A DNA stretch of 64,000 bases. Origin: Octopus vulgaris (Eukaryota). This document shows, one piece after another, positions 39,071 through 52,811 of the stretch. Positions within the stretch are counted from its first letter, which is position 1, and each line of letters begins with the position of its first letter. Both the position numbers and the translations under genes were made by a program. The notes under the pieces were generated by a model. It was given only the letters and a program-made list of their open reading frames with translations, was not told the DNA's origin and ran no database searches. The DNA is taken from assembly GCA_951406725.2 (NCBI GenBank), contig OX597827.1, positions 58,590,001-58,654,000 of the forward strand, given 5' to 3'.

Positions 39071-39711
39071 CACCCTTACGATATACGGACGACAGCGTCC
39101 AAGCAAATAAACTGCATATTGTCGCTGGAAACGATCCCAACTCATTCTTTTACGGCTTATTGTCAGTGTATTTATGACAGGCCGTGTAATTCGTTGGAAA
39201 AATTTCGCTTCCGATATACAAAATTAAGTAATCATTCATTTTCTTATGTTACAAACTTCATTATTCAAAGCAGTCAATATAATATTGTCGGCAGACGTTG
39301 CTACGACAACAGATTTCGGAATAAACTGCAATAAAATAAATAACTTTTAGTGAACAAAACAAAATAAAAATAAGTAGTCCATCCCAACAACGTTTCTCCC
39401 GCAAAAGAAGAGAGGAAAAAGTTCAACTAGGGGAGTTCGATTCCGTCTTGTGACAGGAATTTAATTTCGCTAATTTTTCCGTCAAGTGAATTTTCAAAGT
39501 ATGGTAGACGGAGAGTGACATAAATTACAAGCAACTTTGCCCCATGGATATCAAGCTCGAAAAGTCAGCAGTTCGTAACCTATCGCCGCCACCACTGCAT
39601 GATGTTGTTGTCGTTGTTGTTATTGCTGCTTTTGTTGTTGGTGTTGTGGTCGTCGTTGTTTTTGCTGTTGTTATTGCTGTTGTTGTTGCTGCTGCTATTG
39701 TTGTTGTTGTT

Positions 39712-39903
39712 AAGCAACAAGACGGGTAAGAGTGATCAGGTGATGGTCTAGGGCTTAGAGGCGGGAGACCCCAGACCTTGGGAAAAAAAAACTATCTTCG
39801 TCTTGTTGTAGTCGAGGGCTCTTCGTTGACGCCCAACACCACTGGGAGGCGACCCTCGAAGTCGCTGGAAATGGAGATCTCCTGGTCCAAATTCTTGAAC
39901 GGC
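39712..39903 (-). mobile_element. ~195-bp short element with (AAC)n tail, copy 2
   Basis: Paralog of 32856-33051, followed on + by (CTG)(TTG)(TTC)n to ~40085. Confidence 0.8.
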
Positions 39904-39997
39904 AAATTGCTGCTGCTGCTGCTGCTGTTGTTGTTTTTGTTGTTGTTCTTGTTCTTGTTCTTGTTCTTGTTCTTGTTCTTCTTGTTCTTGTTGTTGC

Positions 39998-40028
<31 letters not shown>

Positions 40029-41243
40029 CTTCTTCTTCTTCTTCTTCTTCTTCTTCTTCTTCTTCTTCTTCTTCTTCTTCTTCTTTCATCCCTGGTCAGA
40101 GATCAGCTCTGATTGAAAAAAACTTGTGATCAAAACATATCGCACCTATGACTGTCCCAGGGACTACCTTGTTCAGTGTGTCTTTCCTATTTTGTAAGAC
40201 GTTTGTGAGTGCTATGAGGAAAAATTGTTTGTTACTTCTTGCAAGTCGAGCGAACACGTAGAGGCTCCTTCGTCACAATTTATTACTGTGAGCAAAGATA
40301 ACATTACTGTAGATTTGTGGAGTGTTTCTTAAGTTTGAAACACGATGTAGTTTCTTTTGTCGATAAGAGCAAGATATCTTTGATGTATCAGCGTCCTAAC
40401 CAGGGGGAAATTAATTTCTCATCCGCATAAGCTGATCCTTGCGAATTGGAGAAGTATATTCTAAGAAAAAAAGAAAAAAGCGAAACTAGTGTGGAGAGTT
40501 CCAAACCACCATGCGAACTTCGTCTATGATACTGCTTCAATTCGTAGCTGAACCATTTTTCTGTTTTAGTGGTTCATTCAGAGAAGGAAGGACAGTGTTT
40601 ATGATATTTTTCAGGCCCGTCGAGACTAATGGCAAGAAATTAACCTCGGACCGAACACATGGTTCGAAAAGGTGGAAAGGTTTTGTACGTAGGATATATA
40701 GTTGTACTTTGAGATCAGATAGAAGGCGAATGTAGCGAGATGGTTCACCAAATTTACTACGCTTGTAAAATACAAGATTAAAATGAAGCTTCCGTGGATG
40801 GCCTACAACTCATTAAAGGCGCAGGTGTAGCTGTGCTATAAGAAACTTGCTTTCCAGTCACATGGTTCGGGATTCAGACCGACTGCGTGGCATCTTGGGC
40901 AAGTGTCTTCTGCTATAGCCTCAAGCTGACCAAAAGGCTTGTGAGTAGATTTGTTAGTATTTATCGGTCACTTAGACCAAACCGCTAAGTAACGGGGATA
41001 TAAACACACCAATACCGGTTGTCAAGGGCAAATACAGACACAAAGGCTCACATACATATAGATATATATATATACATGTGTGTGTGTGTGTGTGTACGTA
41101 GTGAAGGCGCATGGCTCAGTGGTTAGAGCGTCGAGTTTACGATCGCGAAGTTGTAAGTTCGAATCCCGGACAGGGCTGCGTGTTGTGTTCTTGAGCAAGA
41201 CACTATATTTCCCGCTGCTCCAGTTCACTCAACTTACACACAT

Positions 41244-41292
<49 letters not shown>

Positions 41293-41565
41293 CAGGGTGT
41301 CCCGAAATTAAGGTAACCGAAGTTTCGGACTTTAATAACTACTAATAGATGTGATAAGATATGAAAACTATATATCATTATAAAATCTTACTGTTTTTTT
41401 TATTTTTGCTTCGGACTAAATAAATTCAGATTTATAAATTAGTTAATGGCTATAGACCGGAATACAATTATAAACCTCTACAAAGGAGGCGAAAATAATA
41501 TAGCTATAGCAAAAAAGCTTAAAATTAACTAATCGGCAGTCTGGAAAACTATCAAAAAATTTCAT
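41293..41565 (+). mobile_element. Tc1/mariner-superfamily 5' fragment (maT/DD37D-like)
   Basis: TA then CAGGGTG terminus. From 41446 MAIDRNTIINLYKGGENNIAIAKKLKIN*SAVWKTIKKF, a transposase-type helix-turn-helix with a stop. Cut by a SINE at 41565. Confidence 0.72.
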
Positions 41566-41850
41566 GATCGTAAGGTCGCGAGTTCAATTCCCGGTGGCGC
41601 GTTGTGTCCTTGAGCAAGACACTTTATTTCACGTTGCTCCAGTCCACTCAGCTGGCAAAAATGAGTAGTACCCGTATTTCAAAGGGCCAGCCTTGTCACA
41701 CTCTGTGTCACGCCGAATCTCCCCGAGAACTCCGTTAAGGGTACACGTGTTTATGGAGTGCTCAGCCACTTACACGTTAATTTCACGAGCAAGCTGTTCC
41801 GTTGATCGTATCAGCTGGGACCCTCGTCGTCGCAACCGACGGAGTGCTCC
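41565..41850 (+). mobile_element. SINE family C, 5'-truncated
   Basis: Colinear with 43108-43430. Confidence 0.88.
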
Positions 41851-42269
41851 TACATGCATCCCATGAACTTATCAGTTCTTTTCCTCATTAAATGAGGACA
41901 TGAAAATGAACAAATTAGTGGTAAACCGTCGAACTGATAAATGCTTTAACAGACCTAAGATCAACGCTTCTCATAGCGAGACAAGTTTAATATGCCAAAG
42001 ACAGCAACCATCAATTAAACATCTGTTTGATAAATAAATTAATTAACAATCAAAATCAAAACGATGTAAAAAATAAAAACAAATAGAAAAACATCTGCAC
42101 CAAAAGTTAATTTCTGGCATACAAAGGACACTAATTTTCAAGTGATGGAAATATGGCAAGTTGTGTCACAATCCGCCATTTTTCTGTGACATAGGTGACG
42201 TCAGTGAAACTAAATGGCATCAAACAGGAATACAAGAATTCTGGCCGCAGAATTGTCTCGTGAATAATT

Positions 42270-42820
42270 AATCTTTATTTATTTAAATACAAAGAAAAAA
42301 GGGAAGAACAGAGATAAGAAAGGAAACGAAAAGAAAGAAAACAAGAGGTGGGGTATAGTAGATAAGATAGATGGGGGGAGGAGGCGATGGGCCACACATC
42401 CCAGAACACAAATAGCGTACTCAGGCGCACCACGCGCTGATGACCCTGATGGCGTTGCCGCAGAGAATGATCAGTGACTCTCGGCGAAGCAACCACTTCA
42501 CCTCCCTATTTTGCGGAGGAAATCGGTAGACGAGGTCCGAGAACATCCGACGTCTTGACGGCGACCAACACAAACTGATAGCGGCCGGCCAGACCCCTCT
42601 AGTTATTGATTTTTCTCTCTTCCATGTTACGGGCGACGCCACCCGAGGTTTTAATCTAAAGCTCGCCTCTCTAATGTTTAATACGCGAGAAAGACAATGA
42701 GCCTCACCAAGTGGAATACCAACGGTGTTTTTGAAGGCCAATATCGTCTGTAATGTGTCAAATAGCAGTCCTTCTATATAAAAATATATTTCTCTTTCTC
42801 TCGAGATGCTGATACATAAC
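42270..42820 (-). mobile_element. Probable non-LTR retrotransposon 3' fragment
   Basis: GC-richer degraded ORF (42421-42822), then pyrimidine-rich UTR-like sequence and AATAAA on the minus strand. Family not recognised. Confidence 0.4.
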
Positions 42821-43107
42821 ACAACATTGATTTCTTCGGAAACTTTGGTTCCAAAGTCTTACCGGTCTACTGATTTTTTTTCCGAATCAAGAGTGGCTGC
42901 CTTCGTCAACATACTCTAAATTAAACAAATAATAAATTTACTTAAATAATTGAATGAAATAAATTAACGTGGATTATAAGAGGTTCCGCATTAAGCGTGT
43001 CCGGAAAGTCGCTGTTGCACCTGTATTTCGTGAGTTCAGCATACAGTCTGAAGGCCTCAATCAGTTTCATTATATTGGGCTTCCTCTTCCGTGTAGTTTG
43101 GTTAGTG

Positions 43108-43430
43108 AAGGCGCGTGGCTTAGTGGTTAGGGTATTCGGCTTACGATTGTAAGGTCGTGAGTTCGATTCCCGACGACGCGTTGTGTCCTTGAGCAAGACA
43201 CTTTATTTCACGTTGCTCCAGTCCACTCAGCTGGCAAAAATGAGTAGTAGCTGTATTTCAAAGGGCAGGCCTTGTCACGCTCTGTGTCACGCTGAATCTC
43301 CCTGAGAACTACGTTAGGGGTACACGTGTCTGTGGATTGCTCAGTCACTTGCACGTTAATTTCACGAGCAGGCTATTCCGTTGATCGGATCAGCTGGGAT
43401 CCTCGTCGTCGTAACCAACGGAGTGCTCCT
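43108..43430 (+). mobile_element. SINE family C, full length, CpG-intact
   Basis: A box tggcttagtgg, B box gagttcgattcc, same core as other C copies. Confidence 0.9.
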
Positions 43431-44189
43431 AGTTTGGTTATCAGTTATTGTTATAGTTAATACTGTTTAACACTACTTGGCCTTGTTTGAGAAGATTTGT
43501 GATGAAAGACATTCCAACTCTGACCAGTCCATCTTTTTTTTTTCTTAAGCATAGCTTATCAAAGGCCAGTGATTCCCAAATGGTTCCATACCGTCCCTAC
43601 GGGAGTTCTAAGAGATATGAAGGGCGCAAGGAATAAGATATTTTAGCATATTTAATTAAGTTTACTATCTTTATTACATAAGTATAAAATTTGTGGGTTG
43701 TAGTAAGCGTCCAAGTCTTCTAGATGAGACTGTCTACAAAACTTTGTCGAGAACAATGTTTAGGGCCCACATTACCAAAGTATCTTCTTTATTTTGTTGC
43801 TGTGTAGCCCGAGGTAAGTCCTATTAAGTAGGCCTATGATCAAAGCAGTGACCATACCATATTTCTTTTTCAGGCAAAGTGCATTTAGATCTACCTTATC
43901 CAATGTGCCATCTCTTTTATTCTGATCTTTAGTTGAGCTTCAGCTCTGCTCTGGTCGACCAAACTTTTGACCAAAGACCCAAAGACATTCCGAAGGAGTT
44001 TTTTTTTTCTTTTCGTCCAACAATTGAAATAGCATCGGGAAATTTTAGTTATATTCTGAATAACAACATTTATAGAGCACTAAGACTGCTTAAAAGTCGG
44101 AAAATGCTGGACAGAAGCAGTGTGAAGACATACAATAATAGAGTCCAATACAGACAAGAGAATGCTTCCTGATGCAACTGACTTTGGTC

Positions 44190-44630
44190 ATGAATAGTTT
44201 CGAATTTTGAAGTAACAATAGAAATTTTAAGGGAGCGGTTAAGTCGATTACATTGATCCGAGTGTTCGACTGGTCGGTACTTATTTCATCAATCCCGAAA
44301 AGATTAAGGACGAACCTCGACCTCGGCAGAGTTCGAACGTAAAGAGCTGGAACCAATGCAGTTAAGCGTTTTGTGCTACTCGTATCGATCCTAGCATCTC
44401 GCCGCTTTGACACTTGTTGAAATGATTTCAAATTTTTGCACAAGGCCAGCAACTTCGGAGGAGGGCGTAAGTCGATTACATCGACCCCAGTACTCATCTG
44501 AGACTTATCTCATCGGCCCTGGAAGGTAAAGTCGGCCTCGGCAGAATTTGAACTCAGAACTTATAGACGAACGAAATGCCGCTAAGCATTTTGCCCGGCG
44601 TGCTAAAGATTCTGTCAGCTCACCACCTCA
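44190..44630 (-). mobile_element. Two tandem SINE family B copies
   Basis: Reverse complement of B head and core twice. Confidence 0.78.
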
Positions 44631-45152
44631 TACACTGGTTGTAAATGAACAGACATTAACAAGCGAGGTGAGATTATTGCAACGTTTGAGAACGCCCTTT
44701 GAATATCTACAGGTGGAAAAGATGTAAATGTCAAGTACTGGACATTACCTCTCGAGTCATATGAGTGACAGAGTTGTAAGAGTCACAGAGCCGTTTACCC
44801 AGTTGTGTAAGTAATCGAGATTACAACACATTTCTCAAAACGGGACGCAGGGTTTCCCATTTGCAGTTGAGTGGACTGGAGCAACGTGAAATAAAGTGTT
44901 TTGCTCAAGAGCACAAAATATACCATCAGGACCAGGAATAGAAACCGAAATCTTTCAAACGTGAGTGCAACATCCCAACAACTAGGGCCATGCGCTTTTA
45001 CATACCAACAAGAGAAGTTTCTTAATATCTTAAATCATAAATTATAAAGCTTTAACCATAAAGCTTAAATTATAACATATTGATTTCTGTAAAGAATGCT
45101 ATGTCCAGTTTAGGATCTGATAAGTCTTTTATATATACAAAGGGTTACTCTA

Positions 45153-45359
45153 TTTTACTCTCTTTTACTTGTTTCAGTCAGTTGACTGTGGCTATGCTGG
45201 AGCACCGCTTTTAGTCGAGCAAATCGACCCCAGGACTTATTCTTTGTAAGCCTAGTACTTCTTCTATCAGTCTCTTTTGCCGAACCGCTAAGCGGCGGGA
45301 TGTAAACACACCAGCATCGGTTGTTAAGTGATGTTGTGGGGACAAACACAGACACCCAA

Positions 45360-45444
<85 letters not shown>

Positions 45445-45607
45445 CAACGGGCTTCTTTCAGTTACCGTCTACCAAATCCACTCACAAGGCTTTGGTCGGC
45501 CCGAGGCTAAAGTGGAAGACACTTACCCAAGGTGCCACGCAGTAGGATTGAGCCCGGAACCATGTGGTTCGTAAGCAAGCTACATACCACACAGCCACTC
45601 CTGCGCC
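45153..45607 (-). mobile_element. SINE family A, full length
   Basis: Reverse complement of family A with long internal (CA)n. Confidence 0.9.
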
Positions 45608-45609
45608 TA

Positions 45610-45820
45610 GTGCTGAAAAGTTCTTGGCTTTGAATAAAAGGAAATACAAGAAGATCAGTAAATTATAATTATATTCAACATATTCTCCTCTCAGATTCAC
45701 TCACTTATTGCCTCAGTCCTTCAGTTTTTGTAAGCCTTGTAAAAGGACTCTGAAAGTAAAGCCCCCAACTAGGCCTTTCGCGGTACCCTTAAAGCCAAGA
45801 ACTTTTCAACACCCGTAGTA
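45610..45820. mobile_element. Mariner-type MITE
   Basis: TIRs gtgctgaaaagttcttggcttt / aaagccaagaacttttcaacac. Confidence 0.7.
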
Positions 45821-46085
45821 TATATATGTGTGTGTGCGTATGTGTGTGTGTATGTGTGTGTGTGTGTGTGTGTGTGGTACACACTCATGTACGCGCACAC
45901 ACACACACATACATACGCTTGTATATGTAGGAGTTTAAAGATAACAGTTAAAACAATGATATATGTGAACTTCTAAGTCATTAATAAAGATTTCTGAATC
46001 TGTTAGCTCTTTGGCTCAAATATGAACTCACAAAACATTGTCAACCTTACGACTGTACATATTGAATTTAAGGAACACAAGACGG

Positions 46086-46130
<45 letters not shown>

Positions 46131-46157
46131 GAGAATGAAGCAACAAGAATGGATAGG

Positions 46158-46248
46158 TTTTAGTACGATCGTTTCATACAAGGACAGGTTTTATTAAAAA
46201 TTGCAAAAATTACAGTATATAAACGTGTCCCGTACTCATCAGCTAAAA
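46158..46248 (-). ncRNA. Type I hammerhead ribozyme motif, mirror copy
   Basis: Reverse complement of 47207-47297. Confidence 0.8.
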
Positions 46249-47206
46249 TACATGTGAGTTCTCTAGACATCCTAGTGGTTGAGGCTATACTCATGAAGTA
46301 ATGTAGATAATTAAGTAACATAAACAGATTTCAAAAGTTCATTAAAGTTCTTTAAAGATGATGTACAGTCCCATCACAGAATTTCAAAAAGTCCTAATAG
46401 CATCACAGAATTTCAAAAGTCTTAATAGCATCACAGAGAAGCTGACCGATCCATAGTGCACATATGAATTTCCAGAGATATTATGAGGGGTTACATACTC
46501 ACAGAAAGCAAATTTATCCATTGTCAATTACAACGAGGTGGGTTTCAATTCCTGCTTATTAGCATTACAGAGAGGGTGAATTAATCCTTTGTATAGATGC
46601 ACAATTTCCAATGGTGTAGGTGTAAATTTCCAAGGAATTTCATATTCACCGGCGATAAATTTATCAATGGTTGAACACAATGAGGTAGGTATCAAATCTT
46701 GCTATATGAATAGGTATTTGCCACATTGTGGCAAATACCTATTCATATAGCAAGATTTGATACCTACCTCATTGTGTTCAACCATTGATAAATTTATCGC
46801 CGGTGAATATGAAATTCCTTGAAATTTACACCTACACCATTGGAAATTGTGCATCTATACAAAGGATTAATTCACCCTCTCTGTAATGCTAATAAGCAGG
46901 AATTGAAACCCACCTCGTTGTAATTGACAATGGATAAATTTGCTTTCTGTGAGTATGTAACCCCTCATAATATCTCTGGAAATTCATATGTGCACTATGG
47001 ATCGGGTCAGCTTCTCTGTGATGCTATTAAGACTTTTTTGAAATTCTGTGATGCTATTAGGACTTTTTTGAAATTCTGTGATGGGACTGTACATCATCTT
47101 TAAAGAACTTTAATGAACTTTTGAAATCTGTTTATGTTACTTAATTATCTACATTACTTCATGAGTATAGCCTCAACCACTAGGATGTCTAGAGAACTCA
47201 CATGTA

Positions 47207-47297
47207 TTTTAGCTGATGAGTACGGGACACGTTTATATACTGTAATTTTTGCAATTTTTAATAAAACCTGTCCTTGTATGAAACGATCGTACTAAAA
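47207..47297 (+). ncRNA. Type I hammerhead ribozyme motif with long loop II
   Basis: TTTTAG-CTGATGA-G-TACGGGACA(39 nt)TGTCCtTGTA-T-GAAAC-GATC-GTA-CTAAAA: stem I TTTTAG/CTAAAA, palindromic ACGATCGT stem III. Predicted cleavage after 47291. Confidence 0.82.
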
Positions 47298-47446
47298 ACC
47301 TATCCATTCTTGTTGCTTCATTCTCGCTTATAATCACCCCACATTACTGTATTGTTAAATCAGTATAGTTCTTTTTGGTGCATCTAAGTTAGGTACCATA
47401 TTCAAGTAAATTCATTTAAATTAACTTGAATCTTTATTGCTTTTTG

Positions 47447-47495
<49 letters not shown>

Positions 47496-47497
47496 AT

Positions 47498-47693
47498 CTT
47501 TTACTCTCTTTTACTTGTTTCAGTCGACTGCGGCCATGCTGGAGCACCGCCTTTAGTTGAGCAAATCGACCCCAGGACTTATTCTTTGTAAGCCTAGTAC
47601 TTATTCTATCGGTCTCTTTTGCCGAACCGCTAAGTTACGAGGACGTAAACACACCAGCATCGGTTGTCAAGCGATGTTGGGGGGACAAACACA

Positions 47694-47741
<48 letters not shown>

Positions 47742-47908
47742 TGTACATATATATGACGGGCTTCTTTCAGTTTCCGTCTACCAAATCCACTCACAAGCTT
47801 TAGTCGGCCCCAGGCTATAGTAGAAGACACTTGCCCAAGGTGCCACGCAGTGGGAGTGAACCCGGAACCATGTGGTTGGTAAGCAAGCTACTTACCACAC
47901 AGCCACTC
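47498..47908 (-). mobile_element. SINE family A
   Basis: Reverse complement of family A. Confidence 0.9.
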
Positions 47909-47919
47909 ATATATATATG

Positions 47920-48003
<84 letters not shown>

Positions 48004-48138
48004 GTATATAAATATACATGTGTTATCCATACTTGCATATCAATAATGTATAATTATATAATTATTTCGTGCAAGGCATTGTCTTAAGTGAGCATGCTCG
48101 AAATTCTTGAGCTTTTACTCACTTTGTATCTACTTTCA

Positions 48139-48226
<88 letters not shown>

Positions 48227-48578
48227 TACCAGGCACTGGCTCTTATGGCTTCTGATCTTAACTGATTGGAAATGCTATTATGTACGTGTTTTGTCTTGGT
48301 ATAACAAGATGAGCTGCAGCAAATATTCTGCTCAATACCACAGTTTTGCTTGTCATTTGCATCACCATAACCAGTTGAGCAGGGCCCTTCGTATATTTGT
48401 ACCCCAGTGTCACTTTGAGCGCTACTCTCTCACCCAATATTAATAATATTTATTTCTTCTATAGGCACAAGGCTGAAATTTTGGAATGAGAGGAGGAAAA
48501 AGTCAATTACATTGACCCAACACTTGACTGGCACTTATTTTATCTGCCCTAAAAGGATGAAAGGTAAAGTCGATCTCG

Positions 48579-48945
48579 AAGAAAAAGAAAGAAGGAACGA
48601 AAGAAAAAGAAAACTTGAAAGAAAGAACAAACAAAAAAAAAGAAAGAAAGATAGAAAGAAGGAAAGAAAGAAAGAAATAAAGAAAAAAGGAGGAAGGAAG
48701 GAAAGAAGAAAAAAGAAAGAAAAGAGGAAGGAAAGAAGAAAAAGAAAGAAAGAAAAAGGAGGAAGTAAGGAAAGAAGAAAAAAGAAAGAAAGGAGGAAGG
48801 AAAGAAGAAAAAGAAAGAAAGAAAGGAAAAGGAGGAAGAAAGGAAAGAAGAAAAAAGAAAGAAAGGCGGAAGGAAAAAAGAAAAGGAAAGAAGGATGGAA
48901 TTGAGGGAGGAAGGAAAGAAAGAAAAAAGAAAAAGAATGAAAAAA
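48579..48945. repeat. Purine-rich (GAAA/GGAA) low-complexity tract
   Basis: Seen directly; source of K/R/E-rich and F/L/S-rich ORFs. Confidence 0.9.
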
Positions 48946-49233
48946 TGGAAGTAGGCGAATATGATTGTAAGGTCAAATATTGAATAGGATATTTATCATA
49001 AAAACATCGCGAAGTTAATTGTATTGACTACGATTATAGATTGTCATAAATAAAATTAAGATAATAAAGCGATTTATTTGTGATTTTTGTATAGATGGAA
49101 GTGATAGCTTTTTAAAGTAAAACAAAAAAAAAAGAAGCAAAATGAAGAATAAGCGAAAGTGATTGACAGAGGATAAATTGCGTTTTAATCCAATTGTACA
49201 AATAAAAGAGGCCAATAATAATAATAATCATAT

Positions 49234-49297
<64 letters not shown>

Positions 49298-49499
49298 ATA
49301 GACAGTCGATTATAGCTACTCCAGTAACTAACTGGTACTTATTTCATCGACCCTTAAAGGATGAAAGGTAAAGTCGACCTCCACAGAGTTTGAACTCAGA
49401 ACATAAAGACGGACGAAATGCTGCTATTCATTTTACTCGATGTGCTAACAATTGTGCCAGCTCGTCGCCTTAGTAGTAGTAGTAGTAGTAGTGGTAGTG

Positions 49500-49970
<471 letters not shown>

Positions 49971-50909
49971 ATTAATCCTTTCTACTATCGGCCCATGGAT
50001 AGCAATTTTGTGAGGTAGGAAAAGTTGGTTATATTGCCTCCAGGGCTGAACTGGTACTTATTTTATCGGCCCCTAGTGAGATTTGAACTCGGAACGTAAA
50101 GAACTGGAAGAAGATGTACCTCAAAACAATTTTTTCGACGCTTCTGTGAATCTCCAGGATAATGATTTTTTTTTTAATTTGTCACCGGGGTGTCGGGTGA
50201 AAGAGACATTACGAAGACAGATTACATAAAGCGTTGGGAGTTACACAAAATCAAGGATAGGCTCTCTGTCGATTTCTGGCGTGTAGCTAGCCACTCTGCT
50301 CGTAACTTGTCGAGTTACAACGCCAACGTTTATAGTTTTACTATCAAGTCAAATGTGGAGGCGCAATGGTCCAGTGATTAGGGCAGCGGACTCGCAGTTG
50401 GAGGATTGCGGTTTCGATTCCCAGATCGGGCGTTGTGTGTGTTTATTGAGCGAATACACCTAAAACTTCAACGAGGCTCCGGCAGGGGGTAGTGGTGACC
50501 CCTGTTGTACTCTTTCGCCACAACTTTCTCTCACTCTTTCTGGCGTCCCGTCTAGCTGGAGAGAACAGAAACCGGGAAATCGGGCCCCATGAGCCTGGCC
50601 AGGCTTGAAACGGGCGGCGTTTATCGTTTCTATCAAGTCAAATATAATTGTTTCACCTAAAGAAAAATACGTTCTTTTTCAGTATGAATTTTGGTCCTTT
50701 ATATATGACTCACATAATCTATATCAACTAATGAAAACGCAGGGATCCGATGATTTCCTTGAATTAATGCATTTTGTCATTATTGTTCAATCTGTCCATC
50801 AGAAGGATCAAGAATTCATGTAACTTAAACTAATGGAAAAAGGCATCAAGCGAATAAATACAATTATACCAGATGTATTGAGTCCGTTTCACTATTTTTT
50901 ATAAACAAC

Positions 50910-50994
<85 letters not shown>

Positions 50995-51034
50995 GCTAGC
51001 TAGTTTGTTAGCTATCTCTTTTATATTTAATATA

Positions 51035-51419
51035 CTAGCAGTATCGCCCGGCGTTGCTCAGGTTTGTAAGGGAAATAACTATAAAGCATTTTTAGAGAGT
51101 TATAGCCAAAAAATAGCAAAAAAATGGAAAAAAAATGATGGTAAATTTTTTTTGAGAGTTAAAAAAGGTATAGTTGCGTCCCCTAGACGGTCTGTGGTTT
51201 GGGTTTCTAATTCTCGACCCCATGTCGAATTTATCGATTTTTTTCAGAACTGGGGGAACTTTTCAAAATTTTCGCTGCGTTAGTTTTGAATTATGACATT
51301 GGGCTATGTGTGTGTCAAGTTTCATCAGAATCGGTTGAAAGCCGTGGTCAGAGTGAGGGTACGAGAAAACAGACACACAGAAACACGCACAGACAAACTG
51401 CCGTTTATATAGAGAGAGA
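51035..51419 (-). mobile_element. Non-autonomous Helitron
   Basis: Minus strand A|TC...subterminal hairpin...CTAG|T. Confidence 0.82.
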
Positions 51420-51617
51420 TTTTACTAGTTTCAGTCATTCGTTCCACCACCACTACCGCTTGTGCTGGTGTGTTTACGTCCCCGTAACGTAGCGGTTCGG
51501 TAAAAGAGATCGAGAGAATAAGTACCTGGCTTATATAAGTCGATACATTCTCGACTAAAAATTCTTCGAGACGGTGCCCCTGCGTGGTCACATTCTAATG
51601 ACTGAAACAAGTAAAAG

Positions 51618-51674
<57 letters not shown>

Positions 51675-52765
51675 GAAGAAAATATGAATTTCTGAGCGAG
51701 CAAGAAATAATTTGTTTTGTTTGAAAAATTGGCTCTCATGGCACATCACATAAAGTTGCTAATAATGGCATATTGGGTTGAAAAAGCCTTTTTAGATAGA
51801 AAAAGCAGAAGGCTGATCGTGGGACTCGAACACACATCTCCTGCAGACATGGCAGGCGTTCTGTCATTGAATCAAAGCAATCCTTCGCATTTATCTATCC
51901 ATTTTAGAAATCTTATTCTTAGGACCGAGAATTGCCTGTTTGTGACATCATAAGAATTTATAAACCTTCGAGAGAACGTGAAATAATTCTTTTTTTTTTT
52001 TTTTTTTGAAATATTGACTCTCGAAGTACATCACATAAAGAATAAAATATCTTTTCATATGAAATATATTTTAACATATTACACGTCGCTACACTTATTT
52101 TTCTGTTACTGGTTTAAATCAATATATAAAAAAGTCTCATTCGGTGCCGGTGCAACCACCAATGTGCAAGTATTAAAATTAATATTTTTTGAAATTAATA
52201 AATAATTTATATTAAACAACATATCATACATGACCTTTATTTTTAATAAGAAAGTTATTAAAAAAAAACAAAAAACAATACAATTGTCTTTAAAAGCGAA
52301 TAAAAATACCCAAATTATTTATTATAAAATTATGCCATTTACTCGCAGGTACGACTGCTACGATAGATTTTTCAACTCACCGCTCATCCCCAACCAGGAT
52401 GTTTGGCTTCTTGTTACAAGCTGTTATTACACGGACGGAAACAAATAAGAATTTGGCATCCATGTTTTTGTGAACGACAACAGAAGCCAGTCAATGAAAT
52501 AGGTGTAACGTTTGAAATTTATTATTTTTATAATGAAATAGATGTCACTCTAGCAAAAAAAAAAATATTAAAAAAAGGGTTTAAATATATTAGTTGTCAG
52601 ATAATTTCGTTCGCTTTTTTTGTTGTTTTTATTTGTGTCCCCCCCCGCCTCCATCACTTGGCTCTTTATCGTTATATGTCTGAAAAGAGGTAAAATTTAT
52701 TCAAATGTCAAAACTGAAGACCAAAAGTTGTAGGGGAAGAATAGAGCTACACACACGCACAGGCA

Positions 52766-52811
<46 letters not shown>

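Larger units (their letters stand above)
46130..47326. repeat. Near-perfect 1.2-kb palindrome (596/600-bp arms, 1-nt spacer at 46726)
   Basis: Centre tttgccaca-t-tgtggcaaa. Outer ends cgagaatgaagcaacaag / cttgttgcttcattctcg. I see only five homopolymer-length differences between arms. Confidence 0.96.

Noticed and set aside
39748-40116. PolyE/polyQ and polyL/polyF ORFs
   Set aside because: Trinucleotide repeats next to the short repeated element; no splice or homology support.
41930-41992. CTGATAA...GAGAC as a hammerhead relic
   Set aside because: Both core boxes mismatch and stem I does not pair convincingly.
48503-48976. K/R-rich and F/L-rich ORFs
   Set aside because: Low-complexity purine tract.
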